Shown in pieces: positions 7,728-19,700 of a DNA stretch of 64,000 nt (position 1 is the first letter of the stretch; every line of letters begins with the position of its first letter). Source of the stretch: an uncultured bacterium (GTDB lineage Bacteria; Patescibacteriota; Minisyncoccia; Moranbacterales; UBA2206); NCBI GenBank assembly GCA_903937035.1, contig CAIZXS010000012.1, positions 18,314 to 82,313 on the forward strand, written 5' to 3'. The position numbers were made by a program, and so were the translations under genes. Under the pieces are notes generated by a model. It was not told where the DNA came from. It worked only from the letters and a program-made list of their open reading frames with translations, and made no database searches.

Positions 7728-10700
7728 ATGAGAAAAATAAAAAAAACAAGAAAAATAGCTCTTAGGTTGAGAAGAATATTTTTCAAAATCAGGCAATTTA
7801 AGCTCAGACTTTTTTGGGTTGTTTTTTCGGCGGGCGCGAAGAGTTTGCCAGGGCGTTTTTGTGCGGGAATGAAAAAAATTCCCGGGACGATGGCAAATTT
7901 ACCAAGAAATATAAGAAATTTAAAATGGGTAAATATTAAGACTTTTTCTCGCAGAAATTATCCCTTGCTCTTGGCGATTGTGTTTTTGACCCCGGCTTTT
8001 ATTTTACTTTTCCTTTTTGTTAATTCTCGCATTCACAAGCAAACGACTCAAGCGGCGCCGTTTACAGGCGCAGTGAGAGTTTCCAAAGAGAACACCACTC
8101 TTTCGACCGCGGGAGGATGGCTCAAATCAATGGCTTTCTCCGGAGATGGAATCAATGGGGATGGTGATTATTTTCAGCCCATCCATCCTGGAGCCAGAGC
8201 GACCACTGAAGGCGCAGCAGGAACGTTGGCCGTGGGAGAGGTGGTGATGCCAACGATCACAGCTAATGCTTATGATGCGGCTGGGGCGGTGTTTATTCCT
8301 TGGAAGCCAAATACTAATGGAAATTTTTATGGCGTGACCTTGGCAGTGGCGAATCTCAATACTACTGCGGCTAACTTAAATGTAGTGGTGGAACTTTTGC
8401 GTTTTCCAACAGCATCCTATACTGGCACCCCTCCGACTGTTGTCTGGTCTAACTACGTTGCTTGCTCGGCAGTGAATACTTGTGTTTATGCCGCCGATAC
8501 AGTGATTGAAAGAACACAAGTGATGCGTTTTGATCAAAGCATATCCGGCGAAGCGGCCTATCCGGGGCAATACGGAATCCACTATATGGACTTTCGTTTT
8601 GATCCTTTAGCGGTCACGACAACTACGCATTATGGTTTTCGAGTTTATTATAACTCTTTAACGACAGCATCTACTTGGCCCAGGAACGGAGCGTCAAAAC
8701 CAACAGTAAATGCTGCGAATTTTGGTTTAGGAATTACTGATGTGGACACAGCCAACGCCTTGACAGTAACAGTTCCTTTGGCCAATACGACCCAATCGAG
8801 CTATGCAGTGGCAATCAATTCTGCCCCGGCTGTCGGTCAAGCCGCGGCTGCGCGTACTCAAAATGAGCATTGGAGTGGCACTTATTCTGACTCAAGTGGT
8901 AACTGGACGATTGCCGGTTCTGTTTCCGGGGTGCAAACAGCAAAATTGACTTCATCTACCGATGGAGGAACTGGGGTGGCGTGGGTTAATGATGGCGTGA
9001 CAAAGACAACATTGTCAGCTGACGCGACTGCCACTACAAAACTTTGCGTCAGTTCCATTGCTGGTTTTGCAGTCAATCAATATATTGACATCTGGGATGC
9101 GGACACAACTTCAATTCAAAGAATTATTGCTTCCGTGAGTTCTGCTGATGTCGGCTGTTCCAATGGTCCGTCAATTAATGTTACTGCAACTTTGGCAGCG
9201 ACCGATAAATTTACCCTTTCCAAAAATGCGACTGTGGCGCGAGCAATATGGAAATTGAGAATTATCCAAGGAGCGGAAGAAGCCTTCACGGAAAATATGC
9301 CGACAACGACAAAACTTTGCGTGGCCGATGCTTCACGCTTTTCTGTCGAGGCAACTGCCGGATCAAGCAATATTAACATTTGGGACGATAACTCGATCAT
9401 CGCCGCCAGAAGAATCACCACAATTTCATTTGCCGATGCTTCTTGCGCGAGTTTGAATAGTATCACGATTGACACCGCTATTACGGCCGGAACATATACA
9501 ATTGATAAAAACGCCAGAGTGGCGGAAATATCCGCTAATTTTTCTAACAATGGAACCCCGACTGATGGAAATATTTTTCGCTTCACGACTCTTAATATGG
9601 GACAAAATCCCGCCAAAATTGGAAATGGAAACAGTTTTGTTTTGCTGTATGGAAAAACCGCTGCTCCGGCCACTAGTGCGGTTAATTATCCCTGGATTGC
9701 TAACCAGCGGCATGCTTTTTTTGTGGCCTATGGTGATGCGGATACGACGGCGCCAGCTGATGGTGATATGGCGATTATCGGCGGTGGTGCGGCTGATCCT
9801 GACTCAGGTGATTCAGTCAATCTTTCCAATGATTTGGTTTTGGGAAATATTTCTCCACATACGGTTATGGTGGATAAAAATTTCGACATGCCAATGGCCT
9901 ATACAGGAGCGACCGGGGGAGGCGTGGGAAGTGGATTGACTACGCCAGCCACCGCTTCCTATGGTGGATCCGGTTTTGTTTCGATGCTAATCTCGACCAG
10001 GGCCAAGCTGGCTGTTTCCGATGCTATCAATCAGCGCTATCGACTTACTGCACCAGGAAGGATATTGCTATCTTCCGGTGCGTCTTTAGAATTGGGTTCG
10101 TCCGTCGATCCTTTGCTAAAAACAACAACAGTAGACTTATATCAGGATTCTGTCGGTCCATTAGTATCAACTGTGTTAACTTCTGACTCAACAACCAACA
10201 CCTATATTGACATGGCTTCCACTGCCGGGTTCTATATTGGAGATGTAGTAATGATTAAAGATAACAACAGTGTTCCGACAACAAGAATCATTGCGGCAGT
10301 CACTTCTTCCACTCGATTGACTTTCACGGCGGCGATGGTGGCCGGATACACCGTTGCTCAAGGTGCGACGGTTTCTCGCGGACCAAACACTGATGTGCCA
10401 ACCGGAGCAGACAGAAGAAGTTTCATCTATAGTGCCAGGGCTCAAGCAGCTCGAGTGAATATGTACTCTCAAGGGGCAGATGATTATCGGACGCCGCGGG
10501 CTGACTTAGCAGTGGATATCGATGGGAACATTGATACGGGCTATCTTGGAGCGCAACAAACGGCAGCCGGGAATGTTTGGATGGACGCCGCGGGGAGTTT
10601 GGCAGGCGATTGGTCGGCACTTGATCCACTTTCCGTCGCGCAAGGAAATTCCTATGCGGTCAATGATAATGATTCATCAATCGGCATGGGAGCCAATGAT

Positions 10701-13700
10701 GACGCTAGTGTTTTTCCGACTTGGACGGGAGTAGGAAGTCTTGGGACTAATGCTGATGCCGTCTACAATCCGGAGCAAAGTGAAATTGGAACGATTCCGC
10801 TGACCGATATCTATAACTATGACAATACGGGAGGTGTCTTTTCAGTGAACTACCAATCCGCATCTTCGTGGACAATTTTTGGTGATGGAGCAAATACGGA
10901 AAATAACGATGCGGTCTATTTCGGTGATCAGGGAAACACGCCAATCTATGCCTTGGAGTTTAATATTGGAACGGCTATTGGCGCGACTGCTAGTCGAATT
11001 TGGGAATATTGGAATGGATCGGCTTGGACTGAATTTGTTCCAAAATTTGGTTGGAAATATGTCCCGCGCGGAACGAATAATTATGGAGTGGGGGAATATT
11101 GTATCCCGTTTAATGCTGATCCGATATATCCCACAGCCACTGTTCAAATGACGGACACAAACACGCTTTTTGCTCCAGGGCAATACGTGAAAATTAAAGA
11201 CAATGATTCGGCGACCATAATTAGGCGCATTTCCACGGTGACAGCCGGAGCTCCGGCCAATGTAGTTTTCACTGAAATTATTCCGAGTGGCTACACAATT
11301 GCTCAGTCGGCCAAAGTTTGCATTTCAAACGGCGGTCAATGGCTGCCGATGGCGGCAAGTGATTTATTTTCTCAAACCGGGCGTACGATGATTTCTTGGA
11401 ATGCTTGGGATATGCCAAGCGCGGCAAAAACGACAGTCAACAGCACGAATGCTTATTGGGTGAGAAATCGTATTTCTGATTTCACATCTTGGACAACCGC
11501 GCCAATAAATCAGACAACTTCAGTCAGCATGCAAGGAGTGGAAAATGTGAACTCAGAAAATCTGACTGTTTCCAGTTCGGTTAGCGAAGCGAAGATAAGT
11601 CAGCTTTCCAACGGAGTTTCTTTTGATCCCAATGAAACCTGGACCCTTCGATATGATGATAATTCTACAGCTGTTTCAACTCTAAAAACTACTCGCTGGT
11701 ATGAATCGCAACTTGCTTCCTGGGGAACGGCGCATCGTTGGCTCAGTCCCAATCCGGATGGGGAAACTTCTGCTTACTATGAAAAAAATTCACAGGAAGC
11801 CAACTGGCATAGTCTCAACGGTGATTTTTCTTGGACTGATCAAAGTGTCTACGCTAAAGTCTATATGAATCAGCCAGTAGACGCGACAGTGGGAAGGCGC
11901 GTGGGAATATTTTTGCGTCAAGATGGTGATGATTATGGCTATGCTGCTTACATAACTAAATCAACCACCGTTTCTACCTTGGGTTGGTATTCAACTGCGC
12001 TCGGAGCAGAAACGGCAATTGGTACGGCAACTAACATCACCTTTAATGCTAATCAGTGGTATTGTTTGCGCGCTGAAGCAAATGGCACAACTCTTCAGGC
12101 CAAATTTTGGTCACCAGTTTCAGAAGACGCCGATTGTAATGGTGATATCAATGAACCAGGGACTTGGACAGAATCAGAAATAAATCAAACCGCTTTTATT
12201 GCCGGACGATTCGGTTTGGCGGCGGACATAATGCTGGCGCGTTTTGATGATGTAACAGTGAAAAACACAGCTGGCACAGAAACCTGGTTTAATGATAATT
12301 TCAATGATACCGGTTGCTGGAAGGTAATTGGTTCCATTCATGGAAGTCAAGGATGTGCCTATAATTCAGTCCCATTCACTTCTAGCTATCTTAATTTTAC
12401 GCTAAAACATCGAGGGGGGGTGCAATCCGGAGAAACTGGAATCAACGCGATAATCGGCCCATTGAATGCTCCGGAAGAAGGCGATGAAATTTATCTTTCT
12501 CCCTTTGAGCGGGGATCAAGTATCGGACTTGATGAGGCCGTGGGCATCACCACTTCTGACGCAAAAACTAAATATGAAAATTGGGATTTTGTCTATAACT
12601 CAACTTCCGGAAAATATGATGTGACCGGTTCGCAATATGGAGCAGCTGGGACGGCTACACCCGGAGCGACCTATACCTCTCCGGATAGCGAGGTGACCTT
12701 GAGAATAAAAGCGGGAACACCGGTTGGGCCAAAGTTTGGCAATCGAGCAGCTTATTTTCAAAACAGTTTTCAAAGAGGGGTGGGAAATTTTACCGGACTC
12801 AATAATCAATCTTCGGCCATTATCATTCAACCAACCTGGGTAGTAGCTGGTTCAGCCACTGGGTATAATGTTGAAGGAATTGGCGGGGTAGCAACACAAA
12901 AAGGCACAATGGATTTTTGGTTTAAGCCGAATTTTTCCGGCAGTCCTGACTACATACAGTATCTGTTTGATTATGCTCCCAATGGAAATACGGATAGGAT
13001 TTTTGCGCGAATTATGCCCAATGGCGTAATTGAAACTGTGGTTGCCCCGACTTTTGGAGTTGGAGCGACAGGAAAATTGGTCAAATCTTTTTCTGCAACC
13101 GCTGGTCAATGGTATCATTTCCGTTTAGCCTGGGAAGATTCTGATGCTGGACAGCTTAATATTAAAAAGGCCTGGATTGATGGCGCGGCTTTTACGAGTG
13201 CCAGTCAAGGGACAGCCTTGGGAGCGAGAGCGGCTAATGCGGGTTATTTGCGGCTTGGTAATTCTTGGCAGTACAATGCCGGCTTTGATGGCGCGATGGA
13301 TGAGTTCGCTATTTTTGACGATGCTGTCGATACTTCTAGCAGTTGTGACTGGGCATCTTCAGTGGCATTTACTGTTCCCACTACTCCTTGGACCAATGGG
13401 CAAACGGCGGGATGTACCACTGGGGGCGGAGAAGTGAGAACGGGGAATATCATATTTTTGACTCATTTTGACAATGCTTTTGAAAAACAAAAAGGGACAA
13501 TGATGCCGGATTATTTTATTGGACATCCGGCGATGGTTTTCACTAATGGCGCGGAGACACTGACTGGAGACCGGCTTCGTGTGGTGACGTATCCCAAGAG
13601 AACCAGGATTTGGATGGACAATACCGGATCGCAATATACCCCCGCGGCCAGAATCAAATATTCCGAAGGCTATAATATTGGAACCGCTCCCGGAACGGAA

Positions 13701-16700
13701 ATTGGCTGGGGGACAACTTTTCAATATCATCATAGAGCTGCTTCCGATAGCACTAGTCAGCCGATAACTTCACCGATTCTCAACCTAAGAAAACAGATAA
13801 GAATTTGGTCAGACGAAGATGTGAATGTGGCCAATTCTACTGCGCCGATTAATCAGGGATATGGATCACTGCTGTATTGGCCGAAAGCCATTGATGTTAA
13901 TCATATGGAACTTTCCCAATTGTATTATGGTTTTTATCTCTCCGGGAATCCTTTTACGACCAGCTTGCCATACCCCACTCAATATATTCGAAAAAGTGCT
14001 TTTAATAATGTGCAATACTATAATATTTACACTCTTTCCAAAACATTAGGCACTCAGGTGATTGATGATAATAATTTTTCCGCCCAAAGTGCCAATTATT
14101 ATCCTTTTCGAGAAGATACTTCAGCCAACATCACTTTTTCCAATAACTATGTCACGGGTTATTCTTCCGGCTATTTTAACTATTTAAATGGAGGAAGAAT
14201 CTTTAATATTTCTGGAAATAAATTTCTCAATGCTTATTACCCAGTCAGTCTTTTGGCAGGAACGGCCAAGGTTACCATTGCTAATAATGAATTTTGGCGC
14301 TTTCGGCGAGGCATTACGCTTAATGGAAACTCATTCATTCCGATGTCGGGGAATTCCTTTGATGGCGGAACTTCCTCGGAAACCAGCAATGGCTATTACG
14401 GAACAGGCATCTATGTGGCGCCAAGCTCTAGTAATGTAGAGGTGACTGATTCCAATTCAACCTTTGGAAAATCAATTTGGAATGAAGCCGATGTTTCCTT
14501 AGTTCCTGATACCACCTCTTGGCTCGCTGGTTCACTCTTGCGCTATACCGGAGAAAATTCTTCTTTCAATAGTAACTTCCACTATCTAGGCAACTCTACG
14601 CAAGATAAATTCGGTGGTGAATATTTGGCTACCGCTATTCCGGGAGTGGATGTTCGCATGGGGACAGGAAAGGATATTGTTAATTATACTAACTATGGGC
14701 TGATGAGAACGACTGGCCCAAATCTTATCGACACGACAGTTAGAACGTCTGGCGGGTATGCCTGGAGAATGGAATCAACTTCCAAAACTGATGCCTTGGA
14801 ATATACGGCCAAGGTGGTGGGTGTGGCGGGAAAGCCCCTCGCTATCACGGGGTATATCAGGATGAATGCAAATTACGGCACAGCTAATTTGCCAACAGTG
14901 ACTGTTTCCGGGCTGGGGATGACAGGCGCAAATCTTTCGTGGACAGCGAGTGCTACCGCTGACAGTTGGCAACAGTTTGTTATTTCTGGTACCCCAACAG
15001 AATCAGCTCTTGCTACGGTAGCTTTGTCAGTCAAGTCTGAGCCAACTGTGGCCGATTCAGGAACAGCTGAAAATGTTGATGACGGGCAAGGAATAAATGT
15101 GCCGACTCTAATTGAAGATGCAGATAAGAATTGGACTTGGAATCAGTGGACAGGTTACAAAATGCGAGATGACCAGGGCTTCATTTTTGACATTATTGGT
15201 AATACCGCAACCAGATTATTACTAAAAGGTACGCGGATTCCTTTCAGCAACACCTTGCCTACTCAGCCGTATGGTGGAATTTATGAAATATATTCTCCGC
15301 CCTATGTGTATCTGGATGATATTTCCGTTCTTTCTGGGACAGTGGATACGGGAACACTGGATTTCTATTCTCAGGGACAGCCGGTTTCTCCTTGGCTCTC
15401 GACCGGCCTAACAGCGGAAAATATTTGGGGAGCTCAATATTCCACTTTTGCTGATATCACCGGATCATTTGGTCAGTTGCTCAATGATTCCCTTGTTGCA
15501 AAATATTCTCGTGTGTCAGATCTGTCTCCAACTTTGACTGAATTCGACACCGACCTGGATTCCGCGACTGATGATTTCTATAATAATGGAGTAATAATTT
15601 TCACTGAAGGATTAAATGAGGGTGTGATGAGAAGAATTTCTGATTATGCGGGAGCTTCAAAAACAATCACAGTTGATCCGGCTCTGCCACTTATTCCATC
15701 TGACAATAATCGGTTTGCGATTATTGCCGCGACAGCTTCGGCCAGTGGTTCCGGCGGTGGGGCGACTGCTGCTGAGATTTGGAGTTATGTCTCGAGAACT
15801 CTGACGGATGCAACTTTGAATTCCGGAAGCTTGGCTACTGCGGCTGATGTGGCGAATATCCGTGCGGACATTACCAGTGTCCTGACTGAGCTTGGCACAG
15901 GTAATATTTCTGCCATTAAAACTAAAACCGATAGCATTGATTGGTCAGATGTGACCGGATTAGTCACTACGGCGGGCGAAATAAAAGCTAAAACGGACTC
16001 GATCAATTGGTCTGACGTGACGGGAATTGTGACAACTGCCGGGCAAATTAAATCCAAAACTGATACGATCGATTGGGATGCCGTGACTGCCATTAAAACT
16101 AGCACTGATACAATTGCTTGGAGCGATGTAACCGGCATTATTACCAGTAGTGGTCTCATTCAAGCTAAAACTGATACGATTAACTGGAGTGATGTGACGG
16201 GCATTAAAACTGCGACGGATAATATTGATTGGTTGGATATTTCTGCCATCAAAACCAAAACCGATACAATCGCATGGAGTGATGTGACCGGTATTAAATT
16301 AAACACAGACACGATTTCCTGGGGTGACATTACTACAATTAAAGCCAATGTAGCGACCTTGATTGCGGAAATTGGCACTGGCAATATTTCTGCCATTAAA
16401 ACAAGAACTGACAGCATTAATTGGTCTGATGTCACCGGCATCATAACTTCTGCTGGCGAAATTAAAGCCAAAACAGATACAATCGATTGGGCAAATGTCA
16501 CAGGTATCAAAACTAAAACAGATACAATTGATTGGGATAATGTTACAGGCATCAAAACAAAAACCGATACAATAGCTTGGGGTGATATTGCTGTTATCCA
16601 GTCATCAATTGATGCGTTAAATGACATTTCTGCGGCTGACATTTGGACCTATGCCACGCGAACAATTACGGGTGATGTTGCGCTCACGGCTGATTCTCGA

Positions 16701-19700
16701 AAGGCGATTTGGGACACGGCTTGCACAATTCTCAACACTTCCGGAAGTATTGGAAAGCAGGTGTGTGAAAATCTGGACATTAAAGTTTCCGAAGCGGGGG
16801 GGGCAGGTGGTACTACGCTTACGGCGGCTGATGTTTGGAATTATACCACTAGAACGATAACTGGCCTGACTGATCCGGCACTTTCTGCTTTGGCCAGCAG
16901 TGTTTGGGATAATGCTACACGGACGCTTTCATCCTATGGTAATGATATAACTGCGCAGGAAGTTTGGGACACATTGACCTCAAGCCTCACGACAATTGAT
17001 TCAGTCGGAAAACTGCTTGTGACAAATGTTGATGAAACGATTTCTTCTCGCGCAACTCAGGCGAGCGTGGACGCAATGGCTTCTAATTTGGCGACGGTGC
17101 TTTCAGAAATCGGGACTGGCAATATTTCCGCGATAAAAACAAAAACGGACACAATCAATTGGAGCAATGTGACAGGACTTGTGACTACTGCTGGTGAAGT
17201 TAAGTTGAAGACTGACACAATCAACTGGAGCGATATTGGAGCGATCAAAACAAGCACTGACACGATTGATTGGGATGACATTACCACAATCAGGCTCAAA
17301 ACCAATACTATCGAGTGGGGCGATATTGCGGATATCAAATCCAATGTCGCGATCCTTATTTCGGAAATTGGAACGGGCAATATTTCCGCCATCAAAGCGG
17401 GAACGGACACAATTAGTTGGTCTGATATTACCGGACTCATAACCACAAGTGGAGCAATAAAATTGAAAACCGACACGATTGACTGGAACAAAGTTGATGC
17501 GATAAAAACTAAAACGGACACAATCAGTTGGGATGATGTTACAGGTATTAAATTGAAAACGGATACGATTAATTGGACAAACATTGATACGCTTAACTCG
17601 CGAGTGGATACCACCATTTCTTCGCGTGCCTCGCAGGCCAGTTTGGACGCGCATGAATCAGCCGATGCTACCTTTAGAACGAATACTACGGAAAGTCTGG
17701 GTGAAATTTCAACTGACGTGACCAATTTAGTTTTGAATGTGGGAGAGATCCGCACGAGTCTTTCAGCGATTGAAACTAAGATTGATACGATTGGAGCTAA
17801 TCTGAATTCAGTCGATGATAAAATTGACATCCTTGATACTAATGTGGATAGTATTAAAAATACTGCCGAAGACACGAATATTAAGGTTTCTGCTATCCAG
17901 ACAGTCGTGAACAATATTTTAAATAAGTGGGGCTCTTATTCCGCCGCTGATATTATTGGTTATGTTGACGCGCTGGAAGGTTATGTCGGGCAACCGGATG
18001 ATGATTCTTTGCAGGAAACATTATTTGGTCGCCTAAAAAAACTGGACGGATCAGCTGGTGGTGGCGGTACGCTTGATTTGGTCTATGCGCAAGTGCAAGC
18101 TACGCACAATAAACTGTTGTCCGTGGAGAGCGATCTTGGCTTTGAAGGTAAGACGACTAGTGCGTATGATGAGATTGCTGCGATTAAAAATTATGTGGAT
18201 ACGGTTGAAAGCGGGATAAATAATTTGGATAGTCGCACTTCCAGCATTGCCTCTTCTGTCTCAACTGTTTCAAATGACCTCAAAGATGTAACTGGTCAAA
18301 TCGGCAAGGTGGATGTTGGCTCTTTTGATTCCATATTTGAAGTGCAAAAAACTGACATTGAGTCTTTGAAAAACAAGGTATTGGAACTAAAAGCGCTGGC
18401 AGATATTAATCGACAACTGCTGGAACGCACCGTAGATGAGCCCACGGTCAAGGTGATGATGGAATGGGGCTCGGTGATTATTAAATTTATTATTGTTAAT
18501 CCGTCTGACTCGAAAGAACAAAAGGTGCCATTTAAGGCCTATCTTCCAAAGGAAGTCCGCCAGGAATACGTCATGGATCTGGGCGGTATGGAGCTTAATT
18601 ATGACACAACGACGGAACAGTATTATGTAACGGCGGATATTTTTCTGAAATCCGGTCAAGCAATTACTCGCGCAGTTGAGATTAAGGATATTTGGGTGTT
18701 TTCTGACGAAGAGATCGCGTCTATCAGAAAGCAAGCTGATGAGTTGAGTGCTGGACTAACGGACAACTCCTATAAAACTCAAGCCATTACACTTAAGACC
18801 GATATCAATACTCGTCTCGATAGGATTGTCAGGAAGCAAAAGGACAATAACGCTACTCCGCAAGATCATATTTTAGCCTATCGGGAAAATCAAGAAGAAA
18901 TGAAAGCGGTAACAGAAAACACTAAAGCGCTGAAAGATTTATTGCTTAACTCTGGTGTTGGCAAAAATTTTCTGGCTTCAATCGGTGGAATTCAAACTTT
19001 TGCCACCTGGGGGATTGTCTTGGCTTTGATTTTTGGTATGGGCGCTCTGGGATTTTTCTATTATGCTCTCTGGAGAAAAAAAATTATTAATGCTAATAAA
19101 CCCGATCCTAAGGAAGATGAGACTATCAAGACCGACAAAGAGTCTGATCAAGAATTAGAAACACAAATCATTGAGCTTCCGACGCCATCGCCGGCACGCC
19201 TAGTCGGGGTTTCTCTTTCTTGGCAAAAAAAGATTTTCACCGGCTTAGTTGTTTTAGCGAAAGACTTAGTGAGATTTATTGGATATATTTTGAAAAAAAT
19301 AATTTCTCTTTCGATAAAAATTTGGGTGACAGCTCTCATATTAGCGGTGCTGTTTGTAGGGGTTTCTACTCTTTGGCACTATCGAGAAAATGAAAAATTG
19401 AACGTGCAAAAAGAAAAACAATCGATTAGCTTGCCAGAAAACCAAGCAAAGGAAGATATTGAAAATTTAAATGAAAGGGGCAGAAAAGTAACTAAGATGG
19501 TAGATGAAATAAATAAAAAAGCAGAAGAAAAAACCAATACAAATCAAAAAATCGATGCTTTATTAGAAGATCAGGAGCCAGCGATGGATGAGTCAGGAAA
19601 GGCAGAAAAAGAAAATAAATTGGTGATAAAGAATACTCCAACTAATTTTCTCAATGTTCGCAAGGATTCATCAGTAGAGAGTGAGATTGTTGGCAAGGTT

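Noticed and set aside
15890-17590. Possible CRISPR array or DGR template/variable repeats
   Set aside because: Units are degenerate at synonymous positions, in frame, and lack spacers; no cas or reverse transcriptase gene and no adenine-specific pattern was seen
15785-17914. Long antisense ORFs with repeats (for example 17057..17914 minus)
   Set aside because: Shadows of the repetitive coding strand of the giant gene
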